Source of the DNA: an uncultured Spirochaetota bacterium
GTDB lineage: Bacteria; Spirochaetota; Spirochaetia; SZUA-6; Fen-1364
Assembly (NCBI GenBank): GCA_963820525.1
Contig: CAWGAA010000001.1
Coordinates: 1,184,001-1,248,000, forward strand
Length of the DNA stretch: 64,000 bases
Direction: 5' to 3'
The notes below the pieces were generated by a model. The model had not been told where the DNA came from. It ran no database searches and saw only the letters and a program-made list of their open reading frames with translations. Positions 1 to 11,068 of this stretch are shown here, piece by piece. Positions within the stretch are counted from its first letter, which is position 1. The number at the start of each line of letters is the position of its first letter. The translations under genes were made by a program, and so were the position numbers.

Positions 1-410
1 TTCGCCGCCGCCCAGTCTCCCAGAAGGTCTTCAAGGACCGGGTAGAGCTCTTTCTCCGGAGGATCCCATGGCTTCATGAGGTAATGATCCAGGCCGAGCT
101 TGTTGATGCTGGTGATCGCAGCCTGGGTGTCGGCATAGGCGGTGAGCAGCACTTTCTTTGCGCCTGGATAAACCGTGACGGCTTCCGCCAGGAATTCGGT
201 GCCGCTCATCTGCGGCATGCGCTGGTCCACGAGAAAAAGCGCCAGGGCGCCGCCGCGTCTTTTGAGCTCCCGAACGGCCGCGAGCGCCTCGTCCCCGGAA
301 GGCGCCTTTACGATCCGGTAGTGGGAGCCGAAACGATCGCGAAGATCGCGCTCGATGGCGTTGAGCACCTGCGGCTCATCGTCCACCGTAAGGATTACGG
401 GTCTTGCCAT
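1..410 (-). CDS. Receiver-domain protein, partial (runs off window); probably a REC-thioredoxin reductase/FAD oxidoreductase fusion
   Basis: Manual translation from ATG at 410: MARPVILTVDDEPQVLNAIERDL...LVDQRMPQMSG...LLTAYADT...YLMKPWDPP. REC motifs are present; the KPWDPP..LYP tail is typical of REC-TrxB fusions. Not in the ORF track. Confidence 0.75.
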   Translation of the reverse strand, partial: MARPVILTVDDEPQVLNAIERDLRDRFGSHYRIVKAPSGDEALAAVRELKRRGGALALFLVDQRMPQMSGTEFLAEAVTVYPGAKKVLLTAYADTQAAITSINKLGLDHYLMKPWDPPEKELYPVLEDLLGDWAAA

Positions 411-477
411 CACCCTGTCTCCAGAAGTTTTAGAGAACAATACTCGCGCCCGATTTATCTAAATACGAGTATTTTAG

Positions 478-1159
478 TCAATAATAATGGTACCCGGCGG
501 CATCGTCCATCTCGAACGCGAGCTCTCCCGCCTCGATGCGCGCCGGCAGGCTGTTTTCCCTCGGTGCCAGAGGGCAGATCCAGCGCGGGCTGTACGCGCA
601 GGAGGGATTATACGAAAAATTGAAGTCGAGCAGGATTTCGTCATGGCTCGCCCCGAGGTCCGCGCCATTGATCGTGTCGTAGAGGTATCTGCCTCCGCCA
701 AACGTGCTCTCGCCGTTTGTCAGATCCTTGAACGGCAGGAACAGCCCCCCCATAGCCGTCTATCCAATAGAGCGTGAGGGTCGCGGGATTGCCGCCTAGG
801 GCTTTCCCGGGAATCTCCACGCTTGCGAAGGGACGAAAGCTTATCCTCCCTTCCGCAAGCTCCAGCGTCCGCGGGCTCGCGGCCTTCCCTTCTTCTCTGG
901 GCTTGATTGGCAGATGAAAGCGCAGGGATGGATCATAAGGAAAATAGGGAAGCTGGCTGAAAGACAGCCTCTTCTCGGGCTCCAGCGGGGATTGGGGATG
1001 AGCTTTGAACATTTCCGAGCGTCTGTTTCGATACACGTCCCACGCTTTTGCGGCATCCGCGTCCGACGACCTTCTGACTTCGCCATACAGCTCCGAGGTC
1101 AAGGCGCGCCAATGCGCAAGATCGAGGAGCGCGAGACCGCCTGGTTCCCTGCCCGACAT
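478..1159 (-). pseudogene. DUF1684 family protein, frameshifted (possibly a sequencing error)
   Basis: MSGREPGG...LDLAHWR...HPQSPL...YFPYDP...YWIDGYGG joins GGLFLPFKDLTNGESTFGGGRYL...LDFNFSYNPSCAYS..W.CPL in another frame. The shift is at a G7 run (745-751). Confidence 0.8.
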
Positions 1160-1270
1160 CGGCAAATTCTCCCTCTCCCCAATGATACTGATGCAACACG
1201 CGGGCGGCCCCCGGGCGTCTCCTGTTACAGGCCCCCCGCGCCGATGTATGATGATGAAGGAGGTGACACG

Positions 1271-1897
1271 ATGCTTCGACGCGTTCTTTTCATGTGCGGA
1301 ATGGCTGCTGTCCTGCTCTACGTCCTGGCGGTTATCCTGGGGGGGATCCTGCGGCCGGGGTACAGCCATCTTTCGATGGCGGTGAGCGAGCTCATCGAAT
1401 CGGGCGCTCCCAACATGCTCCTCCTGGACGTCATTTTCATCGTCTATAACGTGCTGCTCATGGTCTTTGCCTGGGCGGTGGGGATGAGCACGCGCGGAGA
1501 AGGCCTGCGCCTCATCACTGCCGGAAGCATCATCCTCGGCGTTGTAGGCCTGCTTGGACTCGCCTTGATCGCATTCTTCCCTATGGATCCGCGCGGAGCG
1601 GCGCCAACCATTCAGGGCACAGGGCACCTCTTCCTTGCCGGAGCCCTTTCCATCGGCTCCATTCTCACGGTCTTCTTCCTCGGAGTCGGCTCGAAGGTCC
1701 GGGACGGCTTCTGGTTCTATTCCCTGGCTTCGGGGATCCTGGTGCTCGTCGCGGGAGGATTCGCCGCGGCGCTCGCAGCCCAGGGAAGTCCCTTTCTGGG
1801 GCTGGCGGAGAGGCTGACGATCGGGCTTTTCCTTCAGTGGATCTTTGTTTTCAGCGCGAAGCTGATGCGTGAAGACTCGGGAAGGGCCGGGACGTAG
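1271..1897 (+). CDS. DUF998 family membrane protein
   Basis: GGAGG RBS before ATG 1271; PGYSH..AVSEL..GAP, FPMDP, H and GL.ERL motifs; multiple TM helices. Confidence 0.75.
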   Translation: MLRRVLFMCGMAAVLLYVLAVILGGILRPGYSHLSMAVSELIESGAPNMLLLDVIFIVYNVLLMVFAWAVGMSTRGEGLRLITAGSIILGVVGLLGLALIAFFPMDPRGAAPTIQGTGHLFLAGALSIGSILTVFFLGVGSKVRDGFWFYSLASGILVLVAGGFAAALAAQGSPFLGLAERLTIGLFLQWIFVFSAKLMREDSGRAGT

Positions 1898-1957
1898 AAG
1901 GCGTGATGGCGCCGCTCGCTTCGCGAAACAGCGCAGGCTGCAGCGGGCTGAAAAGGT

Positions 1958-1989
1958 GGCCCGGGCCCGCCTATCGGCGGACCCGGGTC
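1958..1989 (-). terminator. Probable intrinsic terminator hairpin between convergent genes
   Basis: Arms ggcccgggcccgcc / ggcggacccgggtc with a tatc loop; short T run follows on the minus strand. Confidence 0.4.
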
Positions 1990-2018
1990 GGAAAGATTAC
2001 TTTAGCGGCGGCGCTCCC

Positions 2019-2384
2019 TTAATTTCCATAGAGAGTGATCACGTATTGCGGCGTATCGGGATCATTGCTGTTGATCCTGAAGAATCCCGTGCTCCCCGCC
2101 GATTGGGTGGGATCGAACCTGATGGTGAATGTCGTCGTTCCCGAAGCCGCGATCGAGGTCGAGACGGGGCTGGTGTAATCGAAATCGAGGCTGTCCCCAT
2201 CCAGCGTCACGCCGGAAATCGTGAGAGTTCCGAGCCCGAGGTTCTCGATCGTGAAAGTCACCCAGGGGCCTACCACGCCGCCGTCCCCATCCGCCGCTAC
2301 GGTTCCGAAATCATACGATCCTGAGCCGCTCGGAATAGTCGTGGTTCCCTGCTTGACGTTGATGTTGGGATACAGAACCCCCGT
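2019..2384 (-). pseudogene. Start-less choice-of-anchor D / Ig-like surface-protein domain (C-terminal remnant)
   Basis: YPNINVKQGTTTIPSGSGSYDFGTV...TFTIENLG.GTLTIS...TTFTIRFDP...INSNDPD.PQY.ITLYG. The frame continues directly after the EamA TGA, with no start codon or signal peptide before the domain. Confidence 0.65.
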
Positions 2385-3233
2385 TCACGTCGGTCTCGCG
2401 CGCCAAGATCCAACCACCGCCCCAGCGACAATCAATGCCATGGCCAGCGCCGAAAGCGGGGTGAGGGACTTCCCGCCAAGGAAGACCAGCGCCAGGGTGG
2501 AGATGAGCGGGGTGACGTAGGAGAGAGAGCCGATTACCCGGGGGTCTCCGCGCTTGAGGGCGGCATCCCAAAAGAAGAAGGCCGCTCCCATTGGGCCCGC
2601 TCCCAGGAGAAGAAGAAAAACCCAATCAGGCGCGCCCAACATCGCAATCCCTGCAAAACCGGCCTGCAGGAGGTGAGCCGCAAGGGAGAGCAGCCCCGAA
2701 GCGAGACAGAATCCCCCCACGGCGCCGCTGGGAAACGGCGGCAGGCGCTTGGTGAGGAGCGAATAGAGCGCCCACACCAGGGCTGCCGCGGCAGCCAGAA
2801 GATAGCCGGGAAGGCCGGCGAGATCGATTTCAAGAGATCCGCCCGTGACAATGAGCGCTGCGCCCAGGAGTCCCGCGATGGCCCCGACCAGATGGTTGGG
2901 CCGCAGGGAGAAGCCCCGAAGCACAATCGGAGAGAGAACAACGATGAGCAGGGGCCAGAGATAGTTGATCAGGTTCGCTTCGATGGTTGGGGCAAACCGA
3001 AACGCTGTGAACAGGAGGAAATGGTAGCCGAAAATTCCCCCGACTCCGATGCAGAATGTGCGCAGAGGCACCCGCCAGGAGCGCACCTGGGTCAAGCCGA
3101 GAAGCCCGCCGACGGTCAGGGCGATCCCGACCATGAGCAGGGGCGGGAGATGAGCCAGCTTGGAGGCGAGGAATGCGAGAAAACCCCATAAAAGAATCGC
3201 GCCGAACGCAAGCGCAGCGTACGAGGATTTCAT
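2385..3233 (-). CDS. DMT/EamA family transporter
   Basis: MKSSYAALAFGAILLWG..., EANLINYLWPLL, ~10 TM; ATGA overlap with the upstream EamA gene. Confidence 0.85.
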   Translation of the reverse strand: MKSSYAALAFGAILLWGFLAFLASKLAHLPPLLMVGIALTVGGLLGLTQVRSWRVPLRTFCIGVGGIFGYHFLLFTAFRFAPTIEANLINYLWPLLIVVLSPIVLRGFSLRPNHLVGAIAGLLGAALIVTGGSLEIDLAGLPGYLLAAAAALVWALYSLLTKRLPPFPSGAVGGFCLASGLLSLAAHLLQAGFAGIAMLGAPDWVFLLLLGAGPMGAAFFFWDAALKRGDPRVIGSLSYVTPLISTLALVFLGGKSLTPLSALAMALIVAGAVVGSWRARPT

Positions 3234-4069
3234 CTTGAGACCGACAGGAACGCCACACCGGCCAGGGCAAGGGCAAGCCCCGCGACGCGGGCCTCCGTCA
3301 GCCGCTCCCGAAGAACCAGCCAGGCAAGGAGGACGGTCGGACCCGGGTAGAGGGAGCAGACCACGGTAACGGTTGAGAGCATGCCGGTCCTTGCGGCCAT
3401 CAGAAAGGCGATGTTGGCTCCCATGTCGAGCACGCCGGAAAGAAGGATGATGGGAAGCCCCCCCTCGGGGCGAAGCGAGCGGCGCCGAAGAATCGCCATG
3501 AACACGACAATCAGAATCGTAGAGAGCCGGGCCGAAACCAGGGGCCACAATCCAGAGCCATCAGACGTCCGGGAGATGGCAATGAAAAAAAGCCCGAAAC
3601 CGAGGCCCGCTGCGGCGCCCAGAAGGGCCGCGCGCCGCACGAGGCCTTCCTTCCTCGCTCCTGCAGGGCCGGACGTGAGAAGCGCAATCGCGGGGATTGC
3701 AAGCGCGATGCCGATCCAGGAGAAGACGCCCGGGCGCTCGCCCAAAGCGAGGCCGAAGAGAACCGGGATCACGGCCCCCGTGACCGCGGCAACGGGGGAA
3801 GCCACGGCGACGAGCGTCGTGGCAAGGGCGGTGTACAGGGCCGCGAGCCCGACGGTGCCGCATACGCCGGCAACGGAACCCCACGCCAGATCCCATCCTC
3901 CGGGAAGGCTTTCCCGCAGGATCAGGGAGGCGCCAACCGCCATGAGCGCGCCGATGAGCTGCGAGATGACAAGGACGGAAAAGATGGAGCTCTTCCTGGT
4001 CCCCAGGCCTCCGCAGAAATCGCCGGCACCGTACATGAGAGCCGAGAGCCCTGCAAGGAAGATCGGCAC
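3230..4069 (-). CDS. DMT/EamA family transporter
   Basis: YGAGDFCGG, LYPGPTVLLA..LRERL; ~10 TM. Confidence 0.85.
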   Translation of the reverse strand: MPIFLAGLSALMYGAGDFCGGLGTRKSSIFSVLVISQLIGALMAVGASLILRESLPGGWDLAWGSVAGVCGTVGLAALYTALATTLVAVASPVAAVTGAVIPVLFGLALGERPGVFSWIGIALAIPAIALLTSGPAGARKEGLVRRAALLGAAAGLGFGLFFIAISRTSDGSGLWPLVSARLSTILIVVFMAILRRRSLRPEGGLPIILLSGVLDMGANIAFLMAARTGMLSTVTVVCSLYPGPTVLLAWLVLRERLTEARVAGLALALAGVAFLSVSR

Positions 4070-4232
4070 GCCGTACTCCCGCTAACTCTATCTAATTGTA
4101 GATAACGTACCCGCCGCCGCCCGTGGCAAAAGCCAAGAGCAGGGCCAAGGCCGGGGCGACCCGTTTTCTCATCTGATAGAGTGGTTTGTTGCGGAACTAT
4201 ACCACTTTGTTCTTCGGCTTTCGAGTCGCGCT

Positions 4233-5228
<996 letters not shown>

Positions 5229-5297
5229 GGGAGAAAGATAATCACGTAGGCCCCCGCCGAGTACTTCAGCCGAATCTGACGGAGGCGATCGTGGGGC

Positions 5298-5869
5298 AAG
5301 CCCGGCTCCATGGGAATGTCCTCTCCGGGCTACGATATCGACCTTCTGGACGAAGACGGCCATTCATGCGAGGTAGGAGAGAAAGGGCAGATCGTGGTGC
5401 GCACCGACTCCCATACTCCCGTCGGAATGTTCCTGGGCTACTTCCGGGATCCCGATCTCACCAAACGGGCCTGGCACGACGGAGTCTACGGCACGGGGGA
5501 CGTGGCCTGGAAGGACGAGGACGGCTACCTGTGGTTCGTCGGGCGCACAGACGACGTCATCAAGAGCTCCGGCTACCGCATCGGGCCCTTCGAGGTGGAA
5601 AGCGCCCTGATCGAGCACCCGGCGGTCCTGGAATGCGCCGTCACCGGCGTGCGCGACCCCCGGACCGGGGCCAGGTCGTGAAAGCCACCGTGGTGCTGGC
5701 CAAAGGATATTCCGCCAGCCCCGAGCTTTCCACCGAGCTCCAGGAGCACGTGAAGAAGACCACGGCGCCCTACAAGTACCCGCGGATCATCGAGTTCGCG
5801 ACCGAGCTTCCCAAGACCATCAGCGGGAAGATCCGCCGCGTGGAGATCCGGGAAAAGGACGTGGAGTAG
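5298..5869 (+). pseudogene. Acyl-CoA synthetase (AMP-binding) C-terminal fragment, 5'-truncated and frameshifted
   Basis: KPGSMG..PGY...[36 protein letters not shown], then after a shift near 5660 RGQVVKA...[20 protein letters not shown]. The N-terminal two-thirds is absent. Confidence 0.85.
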
Positions 5870-5929
5870 AGGCGGGAGAGGGCGGCGCCGCCGGCCTGAA
5901 AAGGTGCCGCCCCAGGCTCCAAGCGGTCT

Positions 5930-6733
5930 TTAGCCCTTCCTCCGCGCCGAAAGAAAGATCCTGAAAAAGCGCATCGTCACCTTTCCCTCGCCGTCGGCCT
6001 GCTGCCGAAACGATGAGCTGACGATCTCCTTGAACCGCTGGACGTACGATTCGCTTAAAGCGCAGCCGTAGTTTCCGGGGTCGAGGCAGCCGACCATGGC
6101 CCCGGTCGAGAATATGCCGAATGCCTCCTCGGCCGAGTGCTTCGAAATCGTCTCGCGGATTTCGGCCTGCGCCCCGACGAATCCCGCTTTCTCAAAAAGC
6201 TCCTGGTACTCCCGGGAGGTGTCCAGGAAGAACCATGGCGGCCTGAAGGTCGAGAATACCGGGCCGGTCTTGCTGTCCGACAGCACGGCTTCCATTGCGC
6301 GAAGGAACACGGGCGAGTAATTCCGGGTTGCCGGCGCCTGCATGACGGCCTTTCCGCCCCCGCGCAAGGCGCGGAGGAAAGCCCGCGCCGCTTCAAGCGG
6401 CCGGGAGAACCACTGGAACGTGGAGTTGCAGAATACCACGTCAAACTCATCCTTGAACGCGAGATCCTCGGCGCTGACAGTGAAAAACTCGATCCCGTTC
6501 TTCGCGTATGCCGACTTCGCCTTTTCGATCATCCCGTCGCTCACGTCCGTTCCCACGACCCGCCCGCCGGTCATCCCGCGGATGACGGCGGTGATGGCGC
6601 CGCTGGCGCACCCGACGTCGAGGACATCCTCCTTGCCCGTGAAGGGGATCAGCTTCAAAAGCGTTTCAGCCGCCGCCCGCTGCACGAGCGATGTCCTTTC
6701 GTACTCCGACGCCACCTTCGTAAAGCCGCTCAC
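5930..6733 (-). CDS. Class I SAM-dependent methyltransferase
   Basis: VLDVGCASG motif I; FDVVFCNSTFQW. Confidence 0.85.
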   Translation of the reverse strand: MSGFTKVASEYERTSLVQRAAAETLLKLIPFTGKEDVLDVGCASGAITAVIRGMTGGRVVGTDVSDGMIEKAKSAYAKNGIEFFTVSAEDLAFKDEFDVVFCNSTFQWFSRPLEAARAFLRALRGGGKAVMQAPATRNYSPVFLRAMEAVLSDSKTGPVFSTFRPPWFFLDTSREYQELFEKAGFVGAQAEIRETISKHSAEEAFGIFSTGAMVGCLDPGNYGCALSESYVQRFKEIVSSSFRQQADGEGKVTMRFFRIFLSARRKG

Positions 6734-6745
6734 AATGCTCCTCCT

Positions 6746-7333
6746 TTATTCGCGCTCGCTCCACCCCTTGGGCGGAGTGATGACCCAGATGGCCTTCAGC
6801 GCATTCTTTCCCGTGTTGGTCAATGTGTGGGGGATGTCCGAAGCGAAGCTCACCGAGTCCCCCGTCTCGAGGTCGTACTGCCCCGTTCCATAGCTCAGCC
6901 GTCCCCGTCCCTCCAGGATCAGTCCCAGCTCGCTTCCGGGGTGGCCATAGCCGGCCTCCCCCTTCTCTCCGCCGGGCTGGATCTCCAACAGATACGCCTC
7001 GATTCCGTGCTGCCGGGAAGCATCGCTCATGCTGGAGAGGTGATAGAAGACCGTTTTTTTCAGGACTGTCTTCCTCCTGTCCCGCGGCCGCACGATGCTC
7101 ACCGTCTTGTCACGCTTTCTGTCCTTGAACAGCCACTCCAGGTCGATGTCCAGGGCATCGGTGAGGGCCAGGAGGGTGTCCAGCGAGGGGGAAATCCGGT
7201 TCCTCTCGATCTGGGACACGAGGCTTTCCGAGAGCCCGATGCGGCCGGAAAGCTCCTTCAGGGTGATGCCCTTCTTCTCCCGGACGGCCCGGATCTTCTC
7301 TCCGAAGCCCTTTTTCGTCTCCTTTATTTTCAC
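6746..7333 (-). CDS. XRE-family HTH plus cupin transcriptional regulator
   Basis: SQIERNRISPSL HTH; HPGSE...LEG...GDS..F....PH cupin. Confidence 0.9.
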   Translation of the reverse strand: MKIKETKKGFGEKIRAVREKKGITLKELSGRIGLSESLVSQIERNRISPSLDTLLALTDALDIDLEWLFKDRKRDKTVSIVRPRDRRKTVLKKTVFYHLSSMSDASRQHGIEAYLLEIQPGGEKGEAGYGHPGSELGLILEGRGRLSYGTGQYDLETGDSVSFASDIPHTLTNTGKNALKAIWVITPPKGWSERE

Positions 7334-7344
7334 TTCATCCTCTT

Positions 7345-7397
7345 AAGTATTTATGTAGCAACGAATTTACTTTTAGTCAAGCCCCTGAAGTATTTAT
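7345..7397 (-). promoter_or_regulatory. AT-rich promoter region with AAGTATTTAT direct repeat and TTGACT -35
   Basis: AAGTATTTAT at 7345-7354 and 7388-7397 flanks a minus-strand TTGACT (7375-7380), upstream of the XRE gene. Confidence 0.35.
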
Positions 7398-7484
7398 AAA
7401 GTCCCCGGGGAGGGTGGCGCAGAGAGCGCAGCGCCGCCGCGCAGGTGAAACGGTCGTGAGAGCTGCCGGCTGACGCGGGCGGAG

Positions 7485-9053
7485 CTACGCCCCGCGGCGG
7501 AAGCTTCGCATGAACAGCAGCGCCAGCCTGAAGGCGGACGCCAGGCGGCGTAGGGGGCCCCTGCCGTACAGCGCCGTGAGCGCACATTTCAGGCCCTCGT
7601 ACACGCGCCTGTCATGGGGATACCACCACATTTGACGGGGGAGCCGGTGAAGCCTGTCGCGGATGATGACGCGCGGTTGGGTCATTTCGAGGAACCCGAT
7701 CTCGCCGTGGCTCCTTCCTATTCCGGATGACTTGAAGCCTCCCCAGGGGGTCTCGGCCATGCCGTGGCTCATGAGGTGGTCGTTGATGGTGACGGTTCCG
7801 GCCTCGAGCCTCTCGGCGACGCGGCGCGCCCTGCGGGAATTGGCGCCCCACACGGACGCAGAAAGACCGTACTCGGACGCGTTTGCCTTGCGCACCGCCT
7901 CATCGTCGTCGCGCACCTTCTCGAGGGCGAGGACCGGGCCGAAAACCTCTTCCTTCATGACGAGCATCGAGTCGTTCACGTTCTCAAGCACGAGGGCGGC
8001 AGAGAAGAGGCCCCCGTCCCCGCCGAACGCCTCCGTGCGGCAGGAGACGACGGCGCCCTTGGAAACGGCGTCCTGCACGAAGCGATCCACCTTCCGCATC
8101 TGATCCGCCTGGGTGAGGGAGCCGACGTCGACATCGAAGGCCGCGTCGGGCCCGATGCGAAGCGAGCCGATCTGCCGGCTCAGGCTCTCCGTGAATCTGT
8201 CGTAGATGCCCGCCTCCACGTATATCCTTTCCACTCCCGCGCAGGATTGGCCGGCATTGGAAAGCCCGGCCCAGAGCGCTCCGGCGGCGGCGCGATCGGG
8301 GTTGGCGTCATCCAGCACGATCATGGCGTCGTTTCCGCCAAGCTCCAGCACCACGGGCGTCAGGGTGCCGGCCGCCTTCTCCATGAGCTTCTTTCCCACC
8401 GCCGTGGAGCCGGTGAAAAAGAGCTTGTTCACGCCCGCCTCCAGCATGGCGCTTCCCGCGACCGATCCCGGCAGATGGATAAGGGAAAAGAGGCCTTCCG
8501 GCAGGCCGGAGGCCTTCACAACTTCGGCGATCTGATCTCCGACAAGCTGGGTCTGCGTGGCCACCTTGAGGATGACGGCGTTTCCGGCAAGCAGGCCCAT
8601 GACAACCTCGTAGAAGGGAATCGAAAAGGGGTAGTTCCAGGGACTGATGATCCCGATGATCCCGAAGGGAACCCTCGTGACGTACGATACCTTGTTGAAG
8701 AAGAGGATGTTTCCCACCTCGATCCTGGAAGGCCGGTGCACGCGGGGGGAGATCCGCGCGTAGTAGGATGCCGCTATAGCGGCGGGAAGAACCTCGGTGG
8801 ACAAAGCGTCGATGCGGGTCTTTCCCGTGGACCGCGAGATCACCCCGGAAATCTCGTCAGCGTGGCCGGCGATATAGTCCCTCATGGCAAACACGTAGGA
8901 TACGCGACGCCGCACATCCAGGGCAGCCCAGGGGCCTTGAGCCTTTCGGGCCGCCGCGGCGGCGTCGGCAAGCTCCTCCCTGCTGTGCTCGCGTACGCAG
9001 CCGAGGGCCTCGCCCGTGGCGGGATTCTTCAGCACTGTTGTCTGGGTTTTCAC
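7485..9053 (-). CDS. Aldehyde dehydrogenase family protein
   Basis: GTG start after GAGGAGG; ISPWNYP, FTGST, LELGGND, NAGQSC, EEVFGP, PWGGFK.SG.G. Confidence 0.9.
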   Translation of the reverse strand: MKTQTTVLKNPATGEALGCVREHSREELADAAAAARKAQGPWAALDVRRRVSYVFAMRDYIAGHADEISGVISRSTGKTRIDALSTEVLPAAIAASYYARISPRVHRPSRIEVGNILFFNKVSYVTRVPFGIIGIISPWNYPFSIPFYEVVMGLLAGNAVILKVATQTQLVGDQIAEVVKASGLPEGLFSLIHLPGSVAGSAMLEAGVNKLFFTGSTAVGKKLMEKAAGTLTPVVLELGGNDAMIVLDDANPDRAAAGALWAGLSNAGQSCAGVERIYVEAGIYDRFTESLSRQIGSLRIGPDAAFDVDVGSLTQADQMRKVDRFVQDAVSKGAVVSCRTEAFGGDGGLFSAALVLENVNDSMLVMKEEVFGPVLALEKVRDDDEAVRKANASEYGLSASVWGANSRRARRVAERLEAGTVTINDHLMSHGMAETPWGGFKSSGIGRSHGEIGFLEMTQPRVIIRDRLHRLPRQMWWYPHDRRVYEGLKCALTALYGRGPLRRLASAFRLALLFMRSFRRGA

Positions 9054-9337
9054 GGTTTCCTCCTCGCCCCGTCGCGGCCGGTCCAGGACTCCATGCTGCG
9101 GTTGATCTTCAGGAAGCGCACGATCCCATTGAATATATAATCCGGGAATATTCCGCGGAAAAGCGAGGGCCCCGCCCACGCCCAGGGTGCCGGCCGCGGG
9201 AGCGGTGTCGGCCCCCGACGGCCCTCGACTTCCAATTCTTTCGCCAGTATACCCGAAGCCTTTCCTCCGATCCAGCGAAAGCTGAAGGCCCGCCGGCTTG
9301 ACCCCGAGTCGATGAGGAGGCGATATTCGAAGCTGAG

Positions 9338-9724
9338 ATGGAAAAGCGCTTCAACCCGCTGACCCCGGAAGAGGAGAGGGTCATCGTGAGGAAGGGTACC
9401 GAGCGGCCCTTCTCGGGGGAGTTCGAAAGCTTCGACCAGCCCGGCACCTACGCATGCAAGCGCTGCGATGCCCCCCTCTACCGCTCCAGGGACAAATTCG
9501 ACGCCCGCTGCGGCTGGCCGAGCTTCGACGAAGAGCTCCCCGGGGCCGTAAAGCGATTGCCGGATGCCGACGGCATGCGCACCGAGATCCAGTGCGCCTC
9601 GTGCGGCGCCCACCTCGGCCATGTTTTCCTCGGCGAAGGGTTCACGGCGAAGAACACGCGCCACTGCGTGAACTCGATCTCGCTCAAGTTCATTCCCGCC
9701 GCAGAAGATCCGCGCTCGCCGTAG
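9338..9724 (+). CDS. msrB: Methionine-R-sulfoxide reductase
   Basis: GTERPF, C..C, CGWPSF, HLGHVF, RHCVNS. Confidence 0.95.
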   Translation: MEKRFNPLTPEEERVIVRKGTERPFSGEFESFDQPGTYACKRCDAPLYRSRDKFDARCGWPSFDEELPGAVKRLPDADGMRTEIQCASCGAHLGHVFLGEGFTAKNTRHCVNSISLKFIPAAEDPRSP

Positions 9725-9951
9725 CCCCGCCGACTCGTGATCCCGCGGAACGCCTACGCTCCAGCGGCCGCCCCGCCCGAGGCGTGAAGGGTTTTCCGGG
9801 CGCCCGGCGTCCAAACTACCGTCAAAGAGAACGGGGCTGGCCACAACAGCGGCATGGATGCCGCCCTCCTGGGTTTGACAGCCGCCTGCCCCCGTGATAG
9901 TGCTTGAAGCACGCAAGCGGCAATGGGCCGGGAAGGGACAGCCCTGAAACG

Positions 9952-10488
9952 ATGACGGATGAGGAGATCGTCGGCCATGTTCAAAGCGGCGATACCCGGT
10001 CGTTTACCGATCTGGTCGAGCGGCACCAGGATGCGGTGTTCGGCATGGCTTTGCGCTTCACCCGTTGTCGAACGGATGCCGAGGACATGGCCCAGGAGGC
10101 GTTCCTCAAGGCCTTCCGCAGCCTCCCGGGGTTCAGGGGGGAGGCGAAGTTCTCCACCTGGCTGTACCGCATCACGTACAATCTCTGCGTCGACTGGCTG
10201 CGCAGGAAGAAACGGCCCGGCGGGGCTTCCCCGGCGGAGGATCCGGGAGACGCGGCGGACCGCCGGGTGGACCTCGAGGGAGGCCTCATCCTGGCCGACG
10301 AGCGCGAGCGGGTGCGGCGCGCCGTGGAGGAGCTGGAGGAGAAATATCGCGGCGTCGTGGTTCTGCTCTACTACCAGAAGATGTCCTACGAGCAGATCGG
10401 CGCTGTGCTGGGCCTGCCCGTGAAGACGGTGGAGACGCGGCTCTACAGGGCCCGGCGGATGCTGCGGGAAAAGCTGGAGCAGACCTGA
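9952..10488 (+). CDS. ECF RNA polymerase sigma factor
   Basis: DAEDMAQEAFLKA, FSTWLYRI, SYEQI...TVETRLYRAR. Confidence 0.9.
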   Translation: MTDEEIVGHVQSGDTRSFTDLVERHQDAVFGMALRFTRCRTDAEDMAQEAFLKAFRSLPGFRGEAKFSTWLYRITYNLCVDWLRRKKRPGGASPAEDPGDAADRRVDLEGGLILADERERVRRAVEELEEKYRGVVVLLYYQKMSYEQIGAVLGLPVKTVETRLYRARRMLREKLEQT

Positions 10489-10504
10489 TGGGGAGGCGAC
10501 GGCG

Positions 10505-11068
10505 ATGAGGTGCGGCGGCGTTGGCGGCTTGATCGACAGGTACGTGGACGGGAGGCTCGACCAGAGGGCATCCAGGGCCGTGGAGAGGCACCTCGCTTCC
10601 TGCGCGCGCTGCGCCCGCCGGGCCGAAGCCGCGCGGGCGCTTTCGGCGTCCCTGGCCCAAGAGACCGCGATCCGGGCGCCCGCGAGCCTTGCTGAAAGAA
10701 TCATGAACTCCGTCTACCGGGAGGCGCTTCGCGGCCGCCCGGCGGCCGAGGTCGGGGCGGAGCGGGCGGTGTCCGCGATCTCGCCGGCGGGCGCGGCGTC
10801 CCGCGGGCGATCCCTGGTGCCCGCGGCATCCTACCGGAGGCTGGGCTTGAGCTTCCTTGCCGCGGCCGCGATCCTCGCGGCCAGCCTCTTCGTGCCTTCA
10901 ATGGCCTACTCGCGCCTGATCAGGACCGAGAAGGTCGCGGTGGATCTTGCGCCGGGCAGAGCGTCGATCGTCAAGAACGTGCTGGATGGGGCTGGCATCG
11001 CGGCGCGCGGAGCGCTCCACCCGGCATCGGGCCGGATGTCCGAGACGAATGGAGGGATGTCGAGATGA
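10505..11068 (+). CDS. Anti-sigma factor with zf-HC2 domain
   Basis: HLASCARC motif, one TM helix; follows the ECF sigma gene. Confidence 0.8.
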   Translation: MRCGGVGGLIDRYVDGRLDQRASRAVERHLASCARCARRAEAARALSASLAQETAIRAPASLAERIMNSVYREALRGRPAAEVGAERAVSAISPAGAASRGRSLVPAASYRRLGLSFLAAAAILAASLFVPSMAYSRLIRTEKVAVDLAPGRASIVKNVLDGAGIAARGALHPASGRMSETNGGMSR

